This document shows, piece after piece, positions 41,226 through 51,826 of a stretch of DNA of 64,000 nt. Both the position numbers and the translations under genes were made by a program. Source of the DNA: Dehalococcoidia bacterium (GTDB lineage: Bacteria; Chloroflexota; Dehalococcoidia; Lucifugimonadales; UBA3495); the NCBI GenBank assembly GCA_965222025.1, contig CBDCTI010000010.1:250375-314374 (forward strand), given 5' to 3'. The notes under the pieces are model-generated. The model was given only the letters and a program-made list of their open reading frames with translations, searched no databases and had not been told where the DNA came from. Every line of letters begins with the position of its first letter. The stretch's first letter is position 1.

Positions 41226-42926
41226 TTAGCCCGAATCCACCGATAGAGGACGTCAGGTTAGCGACCTGAAGTGGTCAAAGGGTGCTCCTCTGAATCTGGG
41301 ATAATGGTTTTCGAGAAAGGAAACCGACCCCAGAAAAGGAGCACCCAATTGATGCTACCACGCAACCATCCCGACCGTATTCGCATCGTCTTTGACGACC
41401 ACCGTCTGGTGGCCAATGCCGGCCTGCTCCTGCCGGCCACTCTCGCCCAACACCTGGGCCTGGGGGAACTCGTAGACCATCACCTCAATCTCGGCAGCGC
41501 GCCGGGCCGGGCCAACGCCGGCGACAAGATGATGACCCTGGTCGCCTCTGCCCTGGCTGGCGGCGATTGCATCGACGACGCCGATGCGCTGCGCGCCGGT
41601 GGGACGGCCGGTGTTCTCGACTGTAGGGTCAAGGCGCCATCCACCCTGGGCACCTTCCTGCGCAGCTTCCGCTGGGGCCATGTCCGTCAGCTGGACCGGG
41701 TGATCCGGGAACTGCTGGCCCGGGCCTGGGCCGCCGGGGCGGGACCCGGCGACGCGCCGTTCACCATCGATCTGGACTCCACCATCTGCGAGACCTACGG
41801 ACTGGCCAAGGAGGGGGCGCGACACCACGGCTATACCGGCAAGCGGGGCTATCACCCGCTGTTGGCCGTGGCCGCCGGCACCGGCGACGTGTTGATGTCC
41901 CGGCTGCGCGAGGGCCGGGCCAACACTGTTCGGGGCGCCGCCCACTTCCTGCGCGAGACGGTGGGACGGGTGCGCTACGCCGGCGCCAGGGGCCGACTCA
42001 CGGTGCGGGCCGACAGCGGCTTCTATGCCCACGCCATCGTCGCCGTCTGCCGCAAGATGGATGTCCGCTACTCCATCACCATCCGCCAGCACAAAAGCCT
42101 GCGCAATCTCATCGAGGCCATACCCGAGACGGATTGGACGCCCATCCCATACTGGATGGACGGCGCCGCCGATGTGGCCGAGACCACCTACACTCCCTTT
42201 GAGAGTGAGGCCGGCGCCGCGCCGGTGCGGCTCATCGTCCGGCGTGTGAAGCCCACGCCCGGTTCCCAACTGGCCCTCTTCGCCACCTACAGCTATCACG
42301 GATTCATCACCGACCGGGACGGGGAGACCCTGGAGCTGGAGGCCGACCACCGCCGCCACGCCGAGATCGAGAACGCCATCCGGGACCTCAAGTACGGCGT
42401 CGGGCTGAACCACCTGCCGTCCGGCCGATTCGCCGCCAACGGCGCTTGGCTGGCGGTACAGGTGATGGCCCACAACCTGGCCCGCTGGACGGCCCGCATC
42501 GGCTTGCGCGAGCAGATCGTGACCACCAAGACCCTCCGGCGTCGGTTCTTCGCCCTGGCGGGACGGACCACCCGCTCGGCGCGCCGCCTCACTTTGCATC
42601 TTCCCAAGCATTGGCCCTGGGAAACCCAGTTCAGCAGCGCCCTGGCCCGGCTGCGAGCCATTCCACTCCCCGCCTGACGGCGCTGTCCGCAACCGCCCCA
42701 ACACCTCCAAACTCGCGTCCGCCCCGCCCGCGAGTGCATCCTGCTGCGTCCGATCTCACTATCACGCGATTCCCAGCCTCCATAGACCGCTCTCCAGGTC
42801 CGGTGCGGCTACTGAAAACCCTCGCGGGGTCACATCGGTCCAATGAAGCCCAGGCTTTCTCCCTTGCAGGCTCCCTCATCCCAATTTGCCCAGCATTCAC
42901 GCCTCCCATCGGTGGATTCGGGCTAA
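41226..42926 (+). mobile_element. IS1380-family insertion sequence, copy B (1701 bp), inserted into the DUF499 gene
   Basis: Same IRs and essentially the same sequence as copy A. The right end abuts the in-frame continuation of a DUF499-type ATPase. Confidence 0.9.
41352..42677 (+). CDS. IS1380-family DDE transposase (identical to 23410-24735)
   Basis: The translation is identical to the copy A transposase over the full length in the ORF track. Confidence 0.9.
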   Translation: MLPRNHPDRIRIVFDDHRLVANAGLLLPATLAQHLGLGELVDHHLNLGSAPGRANAGDKMMTLVASALAGGDCIDDADALRAGGTAGVLDCRVKAPSTLGTFLRSFRWGHVRQLDRVIRELLARAWAAGAGPGDAPFTIDLDSTICETYGLAKEGARHHGYTGKRGYHPLLAVAAGTGDVLMSRLREGRANTVRGAAHFLRETVGRVRYAGARGRLTVRADSGFYAHAIVAVCRKMDVRYSITIRQHKSLRNLIEAIPETDWTPIPYWMDGAADVAETTYTPFESEAGAAPVRLIVRRVKPTPGSQLALFATYSYHGFITDRDGETLELEADHRRHAEIENAIRDLKYGVGLNHLPSGRFAANGAWLAVQVMAHNLARWTARIGLREQIVTTKTLRRRFFALAGRTTRSARRLTLHLPKHWPWETQFSSALARLRAIPLPA

Positions 42927-45547
42927 GTGGCGGCGACGGCGCGTCGGTAACCGAGGTGCAGACTCCCTTCGGCGGCGGCAAGACCCACGCCCTGCTCACC
43001 TTCTACCACCTGATGAACAGCCCGGCGCTGGCCATGTCCGTTCCTGCCGTGCAACAGGCCCTGGGCGACGCGAGCATTCCTGCTGACGCGCGGGTGCTGG
43101 TCTTCGACGGTCAGGAGCACGGAACGGAGCCGGCGCTGAAGGAGAACGGCATCTCTGTATCCACTATGTGGGGAGAGCTAACCAGCCAGATTGACGCCGG
43201 TCTGTATAACCGTCTGATCAGGGAATGCGACGGAAAAGGGGAAGCGCCGGGCAACGCTGTCTTCGCCCAAGTACTGGAGGCGGCTGCGCCCTGCCTGATT
43301 CTTATCGACGAAGTGGTCAGTTATCTGGTAAAGCTTAATTTCTCCAATAGCCGACGCACTCAAAACCTCTACCGGCAGACGGTTCAGTTCCTGCAGGAGG
43401 CGCTGCAACTGGCCGGGAGCATTCCAGGGGTGTGCGTGCTCATCTCACTACCCAAGAGCCGGACGGAGTTTGGCGGAATAGACCCCCGGGAGCTACAGGG
43501 CGAACTGCGGATCATGGATGAGCTTCAGCCCAGGGCCGATAGGGTGGTGTCCAAGAGAACACCTGTCAACGACGACGAGGTCTACCTGCTGATGAGCCGG
43601 CGTTTGTTCAAGCGGGCTGATGCTAACGCCGCGCAGGCGGTAGCCCAGGCCTACCGGGACGTTTACGAAAGGACCCCTGGCCAATACGACGCCACCGTCC
43701 GCAGCCCCGACTACTTCAATCAGCAGGTCGCCGCCTATCCGTTCCACCCCGAGCTGATCGACGTCCTGTACAAGAAGTGGTCCACGGCGTCGGATTTCCC
43801 CCGAACCCGCGCGGTGCTGCAACTGCTGGCCAACATCGTGGCCGACCAGTGGACCAACCGCCGGGAATCCTACACCATCCAGTCGAGCCACATAGACCTG
43901 GGGCGGGAGCGCATCCGTACCCGCATCGTCAGTGCCGCCGGATCCGGTGGGGGCTATGAAGGGGTGGTTGCCTCGGACATTATCGGCGGCGACGCCCACG
44001 CCGACCACCAGGACCAGCGACGGGGAGGGGAGTACGCCCGGCACCGCATTTCGCGGGGCGTCGCCACCACCCTGCTGACCCATTCCTTCGGTGGACTGAT
44101 GCAGCCCGGCGCAGCGGCCCAAGAGCTGCGTCTGGGCACCGTCGCCCCCAACGTCGGCCTTGAATACGTCAGCGAGGTGCTGGGGAGCTTGGAGCAGTCC
44201 CTATGGTACGTTCACCGGGAAGGGGATTTGCTGAAATTCCAGACTCGCCCCAACCTCTACCGGGTCATCGCCCAGACCGCCGAGACCCGGTCGCAGCAGC
44301 AGGTGGGTGACCGTCTGAGGCAGGAACTGGAAAAGGCCTGTGGCAACGAGCCCGGCTTCCGAATTGTCGCATGGGCTGGCGCCGACGGGACTATCGCCGA
44401 CAGCCCCGATCCTACCATAGCCCTGCTGGACCCGGCGCGTTACTTGACCGCGGGCGACGTGAATGGTGTATCCGATGGCAGTGAGACCATCAAGAAGGTG
44501 TGGGACCGGGTGGGCGGCGGCCTTCGCACTTACCGTAACTCCCTGGTGCTGGTCGCCCCCGACACCGAGCTTTGGAAGAGCGCCGAAGAAGCCGTCCGCG
44601 AGGTGATGGCCTACGAAGCCGTTATGGACGGCTCCACGGCGGGCCAGCTCAGCGAGGCCGACAAAAGGGAACTGAGCAGCCGCCGTGACGACAAGCGGAA
44701 CAGCCTCACCACCAGTATTGTCACCGCCTACCGCTGGGTCTTCTACCCAGGAGACCAGACCCTGGAAACAGGGTCCCTGCCCGTGCCGGCCACCTCCAGA
44801 GAGAAGATTGCCGGCCGGGTCATTCGCCGACTGTCCGACCAAGACTATGGAACGCCGAAGATACTGCGTCGCATGAGCGCAGTGTACTTCAACTCCAGGT
44901 TTAGTCCTCGCCTCTGGCGGGACGAGTCGAACGCCTTGGACTTATCCGAGGCAGCCCGCCGGTTCCCTCAGTGGACGTTCCTGCCCATCCTTCCTGACCG
45001 CGAAGAGACTCTCCGGAACTGCATCCGCGAGGGGGTGAGCCAAAACTTGTGGGCCGTAGTTGTCGGCGACAACGCAACCTCGACCTATCAGCAGCTCAAA
45101 GACACGCCCGAGGCCCTGGATCAAATGGTGTCCCTGTTCGACGGCTCGGCGTCGCTCGTGAAGGGAGACCTGCTTCAGCTCATACGGGAGGAACTGCGTC
45201 CAGCGGCTGGGCCGGAGACGCCGAATGTTCCCCACGAGCATGGGGTTGCGCCAGATAATTCCATCTATGAGGAGCAGCCCACTCCGCCGGAACCTCCGCC
45301 GGTGATTCCGCCTCCGGCCAAACGCCTGACCAGGGTACGCCTGAACGTCAACAATCTCGACGTGTCCAAGACCAGTAACCTCCAGCCCTACCTGTTCAAG
45401 TTGCTCCAGGAACAGGATGCCGGAGCCCGAGTCAACGTGACCATCGAAGTATCCAGCACGTCCGGTATCTCCCAAGACATCCTGAATCAGCGGATTGTCG
45501 AGGGTTTCGATCAACTCGGAATAGAGGTGAAGTGGGAAGAGGGATAG
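42927..45547 (+). pseudogene. DUF499-type P-loop ATPase (BrxC/PglY-like class), 5'-truncated by IS1380
   Basis: About 873 codons. Walker A FGGGKTHAL lies right after the junction (42968-42988), followed by Walker B-like CLILIDEV. The hallmark AAYPFHPELIDVLYKKW...FPRTRAVLQLLANIV matches my recollection of DUF499. The tracked ORF (42446-45547) begins with IS-derived sequence. Confidence 0.7.
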
Positions 45548-46003
45548 GTTATATCTTCCTGTGCTGGAAAATGCTGCACGCTGAGGGGAAACCGGGCGTC
45601 ATGGCCGACAAGACCAGCAGCTGACTGGGCCTTATGCGTTTGGTTTGCTGCCAAATCCCCCATGCCACGCTGGACGCCGCCGCGTCGTCGCCCTTGATAA
45701 AAAAGGGGGCAGCAGGCAGATTAACTTTGAACCGAACCAAGATATCGGAACACTCGCCATAGACGTTGGACCTGCCTTGCCCCCAATGTGGCGAGCAGAA
45801 CGGCAGGGCGCACATCGTGGCGGTCTGCTGCCTCGCGCCCTACCTTGTGAGGCGATTGCTCGGCCTCAGATTGTCAGGCCTCAAGGATGTAGTGGGTTGC
45901 CGGAGAAAGGACAGTCGTTGTAGAGTATCGTGGCGGGTTGATAGTTGAAAATGGCCAAGGCCGTCGCTGGTTGGTTCAAATCGGCTTATGGACGATAACA
46001 ATC

Positions 46004-49000
46004 ATGAAATTAATGCTTCTGCACCTGAGTGATATCCACATTACTAGCGAAGACAATAGCATAACGCAGAAATATCCCTACATCGTTGATGCTGTCAAAA
46101 ATCTTGACTATGAACTTGACATGTGTGTAGTCATGGTTACAGGCGACATCGCTTATTCTGGCCAAGAATACCAGTATTAAATTGCAATGGACGTCTTGGA
46201 GAACATTAAAGAAGGTCTGTCAAACAATTTTGCAAGAGTCTCAAATGATCCAGTGCCCGTCCACATAGTTGTGGTTCCCGGTAATCACGACTGTGATTTT
46301 CAAATATCCGGAGAGCTAAGAGAGCTCATACTACCAACCGTGCTTGCGGATCATACAAAAGCAAGTTCTTCAGAAATTGTGGAATTATGTACAGCTGTTC
46401 AACTATGCTTTTTCCAATTTCGAGAGGCCGTTGAGTCCGCGCCGGCCGAAGCAGCCAGTTTGAATTTTGACCACAAGCTGGCCTATCGATACAAGTTTGA
46501 GTTTGGAGCTCATAGTATCCTGTTTCTTTGTTACAACACGGCTTGGTTATCCCAACTGAACGAAAGCCAAGGACGCTTATACTTCCCGGCCGACGCGGTC
46601 GTTGCTGACCAGGGCGAATGTGAGTTAGTTGTGGCAGCTTTCCATCATCCATACAATTGGATTGAATCAAATTCAGCCCGCTTATTCCGTGAGCGAGTAG
46701 AATCTGTTGCAGATATCATTCTCACAGGCCATGAGCATGTTTCTTCGCGGAGGACTCAAGAGGGCGATCGGCATCAGAACAATACTTATGTGGAGGGAGG
46801 TGTATTGCAGGACACTAAGGCATCTGATCTTAGTGAATTCAACGTGTTCATATTTGACACCGAACTCCAACGGCATAAGTTCGCGAGTTTTGGTTGGGAG
46901 GGGCAAGAATACTCCTTGACCGATAGATCCATGCTAGGAGATGAAGCTGGAGGATTAGGCTGGAAAGAATATCAGGAGAATCAAGCACGACCGTCGAGGC
47001 GGTTTCGGATGTCGGAGGGAATGAGGCACATCTTAGAAGACCCCGGAATCAGTCTTGTACATCAAAAGAAAGGAAATCTTGAGCTCAGAGACATCTTTTT
47101 GTACCCGGAGCTGCTTCAAATGCGGACTCGAGAGGATATGTTTGGTCGACGAATTGCTGGAAACGCAATCATAGACCTATTGGATTCTCAATCGCTGATT
47201 ATGATTACAGGCGATACAGAGTCCGGCAAAACATGCATGGCTAAGACATTATTCTGTGATCTAATGGATGTTGGTCTCACTCCCATTTTCATAGATGGGT
47301 CTCGCAGGATACCGACTGGGGATAGTATTTATGGACATATCGAAAGGTTATTTGAAGAGCAATTCAATTCTCTACAATTGGATGCCTATCGGCAGCTAAA
47401 TAAATCCTCAAAAGCGATTATTGTGAATGATTTTGATAAACTGGACCAAACGCCTCTTCAAAGGGAGAATTTGCTAGACCGATTGGCTTCGTATGCCAGT
47501 AGCGTTATTATATTCGCCAATGATATGGCCTCAGATGTAAATGACCTGACAAACCCTGGAAGTTTTCAAAACCCGTTCGGAGAAGTTCAACATTACAGGA
47601 TTCAGCCTTTAGGATTTGTGAGTCGGAATAAACTGGTGGAGCGTTGGATGTTGCTCGGAGAGGGAAGCGATTCCAATGACTTGACATTTGTTCAAAACTT
47701 GAATCGACGAAACGAAATTATTAATACTATAGTTGGAAGGAATTACGTTCCATCGTATCCGGTTTATGTGCTGGCTGTCCTCCAGGCACTTGATACGGCT
47801 ACGCCTATCGATATCAACGCCAGCACTCACGGATACTTTTATGAGTTGTTCATTAGAACTTCACTTGCACGCGGAAGGTCCAATATAGATTTCGACATTA
47901 TTGCGTCCTACCTGGCTTGTGTAGCTCGCCAGTTTCAATTGCAGGGTGTCAAAATTGTAGAGGAGTCGGCGTTTCGTCGCATCCATGATGACTTTCAGGA
48001 GCAATATGACATCAGAAGGCCTTATGAATCCATCAAACAGCAACTGATAAATCAAAATATCTTGGTTTCTATCAATGATGGGATAGCATTCAGATACAGT
48101 TACCTATACAACTATTTCGTTGCAAGTTACCTTAAGGACCATATATATGAGAGTTATGTACAAGAGACCATCGCAAGAATGAGCCAGGAAGTGCACATTG
48201 AAACCAACGCCAATATTTTACTGTTCCTCGCCCATTTGTCCAAAGACCCCACTGTAATAGGCGAACTCCTGCAAGCCGCTAAGGCTAGATTTTCCCAACA
48301 TAGCCCTATGACTTTGGACGCTGATGTTAAGTTTTTGGAGGGCTTGGGTATAAGCTTACCCGATGTGGTTTATGAGGACCGGGATACAAGGGTGAATCGG
48401 GAGGCGGTGTTGGCTAAATTTGACCAAGCTAGTCCGCCAGACGACGGAGGCATCGATATTGCTTCTAACGAATGTGAGACACAGGTTGACGTAGATAATC
48501 CTGTGATACAATTGCAATCTGCGATTCGGCACTTGGATATTCTTGGGCAGATTCTCAAAAACTTCCCTGGCTCTCTCGAGGGATATGTGAAATTGGAGAT
48601 TGCCAGAGAATGCTACCAATTGGGTCTTAGATCGTTGTCAGTGATATTTGAGATTATAGAATCGGAACAGACGGAAATTCTCAAGCAAATTGCAGATATT
48701 ATAAAAGATCACAATCCTCTTTTTACTGCTTTGGAGACTGAGAACAGAGCCCGTGAAACATTGATGGGAATGACACACGTGGTAAGCTACGGTATGATTT
48801 GGCGTGTTTCAAGAGCCGTTGGGTCTCGTGATCTTTTTAACACCTTCGAAAGACTGATGAAAGAATCTGACAGTGCGGCATACAAACTCATCAACAGCGC
48901 ACTAGAGATAGACAACAGGCAAAAATGTCCAGAACTTGCAATTCGGCGAGCTGTTAGAGAATTCAAAGATGACCTTTTGCCTTTGTCAGTACTGCGACAC

Positions 49001-49153
49001 TTGGTGGTATCCCATTTTCAACTCTTCCCTGTGGAATACACAACAAAAAAGAGCATATGCGACATTATGGGTATATCTTATTCTAGGTTGTACCGATCGA
49101 CGCCAGTACCCGAAATGCTTCCTGCTGCTAGAACCGGAATGCAACCTGATTAA
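46004..49153 (+). CDS. calcineurin-like metallophosphoesterase fused to a P-loop (STAND/NACHT-like) NTPase, interrupted by an in-frame TAA at 46178-46180
   Basis: ORFs 45938-46180 and 46187-49153 are in the same frame. All five phosphoesterase motifs are present: LHLSDIH, GDIAYSG, PGNHD, AAFHHP, GHEH. Walker A GDTESGKT lies at 47211-47234, with Walker B-like AIIVNDFD and a long helical C-terminal region. The gene is AT-rich relative to its flanks. Confidence 0.7.
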
Positions 49154-49695
49154 TTGTCAAGGCTGCAAGTTACTGAGGATGTAGAATGCGGAGGTAAATT
49201 GGACCCGTGGGGGGATTGATTAGCTGACTGCGATAATATGTCTTTGCCATCTCGGCTTTGGTCTGTCCCAATTGTTGACTGGTGAGCGACGACAATTAGT
49301 CCGGCCGAGCCTCGCAGATTATTCTTTCCAGTTCACCTTCCGTTACTGACTCCTCTGTCCCCAACAGGCTGAGAAAAATGGCCGTGCCAGACACTTTGGT
49401 TTACCGCGTGGCGGCGGGAGAACCCGCAACCGCACACGGCACTCTGGGGCGTGACTAATTTACACCCTCTTGATTCGCCATCCGTCTAATCCCAGCCGTC
49501 CTTGAAGGCATTCGTCGGCAGCGCCTCCACTTCCTCAACCTTAATGACCCGGCGGACCGGCGATTCTGACGCTCCCTGGCCCTGGGCAATTTGGGCCAGG
49601 GACATGCCCAGCTCCTTGCTCATCCGGTGTATGGGATGGTCAACTACAATTAGTCTTGCCAGCTTGTTGCCTCTCCAGAGAATGTTACCGAAAGT

Positions 49696-50330
49696 CTAGC
49701 CCCTATTTCCCACCCTAACCAAGACTAATTCCACCTCCTCGCTCCGTTCCGATGCAGGCTCATCGGAAGCAGTGTAGACCAGCCTCTTGGTCATGACGCC
49801 GCGCCAGTCCTTCACCCTGCGCTGCAGGGTCCGCAGCTGGGCGTCGCTGAACCGCCCTCGATGGGCTGCCCGAAGCCTTGCCAGCAGTTCTTTGGCGTTG
49901 GTGGCGGGGTTTTTCTGCAACCAAAGCAGCACGTCGCACCAAACGCCTTCGAAGGGGTCCTTCCGGGTACGCCAGTCCCGGGGCGGGCAAACTCGCGCCT
50001 TGTGAGTGGGTCGTGCTTCCCCCTGTTGCCACAGGCTGGACAGGCGAGCCAGAAACCGGTCCGTCGGGGGCTATGTGTGCCCTCCCTGGATGCCCAGGCG
50101 ACATTTGGGAGCATTCGGCATCTCGTGAGATACGGAAGAGGAACATCGCCAAGAGAAGAGCATCCACCGGGTCCGGGGACGGCTGGCTCGAGAGGAAGGT
50201 GGCTTGGCTATGTGCGGCTATTGAGGGTATGCGCCGTGTACCTTGAGGAACGCCTTTTCGGGCCAGCATGTGCGAGGCGTTCGGCAATCCGATGCCCCGC
50301 TGTGGCCATGACGCCGGTTCATCGCCGCAT
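49696..50330 (-). pseudogene. DDE (rve-type) transposase C-terminal remnant
   Basis: The 78-aa ORF LLWLQKNPATNAKELLARLRAAHRGRFSDAQLRTLQRRVKDWRG matches a tail I recall from rve-type transposases. Upstream homology (…RTRKDPFEGVW…) is in another frame, and no intact ORF remains. Confidence 0.5.
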
Positions 50331-50356
50331 CATCAGTTGACAGCTGAATTCAGAGG

Positions 50357-51430
50357 TCACCTCAACTGGATGAGCAAGGACCCGGCAGGGTGTCCGAAGT
50401 GTTCTACCACCCGCCGGGCGCGCCCGGCGATCAGGATCCCTGTCCCATGGCAGGAGGCGAAAATGCCCGTGTCCCCGATGGGCCGGGACACGTTCAGTTC
50501 CCCGGCTGCCCTGGAATAGTAGGGCAGTTTCCTGCCCCGTATTTCCAGAATTCTCTCGAAGTCCCCGGGGTGGCTGTCGCGCATCATCAGGCAGACCCCC
50601 ACCAGCAGGCCGGACCAGGACGTGACATCCCTTGTTTCAGAATCCAGGGTGAAGGAGGCCGGTGTTGAGCGGAGGCCCCTGCCGGGGCCGGATCCTGCGG
50701 CGTCCTCGGTGCCCGGTGCCAGCAGCGCGGCGCGGTTCTCCGCCAGCACCCGGCGGACCAGCCGGTTGTCGGGACGGTGGCCGGCCCTCTGTTCTGCAGC
50801 GGTGGCGACCAGTTCGATCAGACCCTCGTCAAGACCGCCGACCACCTGTCGCCAGCCTTGGATTACGGCCCGCCGGTCCACCGCATTCTGGTTACTGTCC
50901 CGCAGCTCCCTTTCCGCCGACCTGGCGGCCTGCCCGTTGCACACCCTGTCCCTGGTCAGGTACCGGTTGATGTTCGCCGCCGCGGCCTCCGGGTCTCCCC
51001 TGAGGTTGATTTCACAGAAGCGACTTTCCATCCGGCCGCCGCCGGGCGACCACAGGAATAGCAGCCAGCGCAGTCCGTTGGTCAGCGCCGCCAGGGATAC
51101 CTCCTCCCTGGCGCAGAGGGCCAGCAGTTGCCGCTCCATCCGGGGACTCTCGATGTTATCGGTCGGCGTTCTCACGTCAATGAACACCCTGGGCGAGACT
51201 GCTCCTTTGGGCTGGCCTGGCGGCATCAGGGCGAAGTCGATGCTTCTGTTACCGGTGATGTATCCCGGCATCACCTGCAAGAGATCGAAGACGTCCCACC
51301 CGGCGGCGGCCAGCAGTCTCAGCACAACGGCCTGCGCGATGGCCGCCTTGGTCCGCCCCTCCAGTGAGGGCATGTCTCTTATCCCGGAAACCGCCTGGGA
51401 AATGGACTCCCTGTAATCGGCTCTCAGCAT
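50357..51430 (-). CDS. hypothetical protein with HsdR-N-like / PD-(D/E)xK-like N-terminal domain
   Basis: 357 aa. The N-terminal K.AIAQAVVLRLLAAAGWDV......GNRSIDFAL....PRVFIDVRTP follows the spacing of type I restriction enzyme R N-terminal domains, with R replacing the usual K. The C-terminal half is unrecognised. Confidence 0.4.
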   Translation of the reverse strand: MLRADYRESISQAVSGIRDMPSLEGRTKAAIAQAVVLRLLAAAGWDVFDLLQVMPGYITGNRSIDFALMPPGQPKGAVSPRVFIDVRTPTDNIESPRMERQLLALCAREEVSLAALTNGLRWLLFLWSPGGGRMESRFCEINLRGDPEAAAANINRYLTRDRVCNGQAARSAERELRDSNQNAVDRRAVIQGWRQVVGGLDEGLIELVATAAEQRAGHRPDNRLVRRVLAENRAALLAPGTEDAAGSGPGRGLRSTPASFTLDSETRDVTSWSGLLVGVCLMMRDSHPGDFERILEIRGRKLPYYSRAAGELNVSRPIGDTGIFASCHGTGILIAGRARRVVEHFGHPAGSLLIQLR

Positions 51431-51714
51431 CTGATGGATTCTCTTGTCTGATCGAAGGGTTGGGCAACGGGAGCGCGGTTTTTAATTTCCGTTATTGAGG
51501 GTTGTATGAGTGCGTAGCGGAAACTTCCCGAGCTTAATATAGGCTTGCCGGCGTTCTGCTGCATAGGCACAGCAACGGAGTGGGTATCGGACGGAGTCCG
51601 ATTATCGGCCTTGCCAGTTCGGCGTTCACCGCGGGCGTGGCAGTGGCAGTCCCCATGGTGCCTCCCTCTCCCTCGAGGGAGAATGAAAAGGCCCTGTTGC
51701 CATGCGGGGGTTCC

Positions 51715-51744
51715 TTGACACCGCGAAAATGGGGGGCGTAGGCT
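51715..51744 (+). promoter_or_regulatory. candidate sigma70-type promoter for the tRNA
   Basis: TTGACA (51715-51720), an 18-nt spacer, then TAGGCT (51739-51744), 7 nt before the tRNA 5' end. Confidence 0.4.
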
Positions 51745-51751
51745 ACCGATG

Positions 51752-51826
51752 AGGCTCGTAGCTCAGTGGTAGAGCAGCCGGCTCATAACCGGCTGGTGGC
51801 TGGTTCGATCCCAGCCGGGCCCACCA
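51752..51826 (+). tRNA. tRNA with CAT anticodon (elongator Met or Ile2), CCA encoded
   Basis: Cloverleaf read by eye. D-arm GCTC-AGTGGTA-GAGC. Anticodon arm GCCGG-CTCATAA-CCGGC with the anticodon at 51784-51786. T-arm GCTGG-TTCGATC-CCAGC. Acceptor AGGCTCG/CGGGCCC has an A1:C72 mismatch and a U5:G68 wobble. It lacks the initiator GGG/CCC stem. Confidence 0.85.

Noticed and set aside
42446-42926. Apparent N-terminal 160 aa of the 1033-aa ORF (possible IS-ATPase fusion protein)
   Set aside because: This stretch is the 3' untranslated end of IS1380, identical to 24504-24984 in copy A, where it reads into unrelated sequence. It is open by chance and does not represent a genuine N-terminus.
45549-45948. 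Small ORFs between the DUF499 gene and the AT-rich gene (88 aa minus; 60 aa plus with CPQCGEQ)
   Set aside because: They overlap each other on opposite strands, have no RBS and no recognisable family, and lie in a compositional transition zone. I treat them as noncoding.
18176-49153. Stop-codon reassignment as an explanation for five in-frame stops
   Set aside because: All three stop codons are involved. Well-conserved housekeeping genes in the same window (dnaX, recR, GMC genes and others) end at the expected positions on TAA, TAG and TGA. Standard code with pseudogenisation is far more likely.
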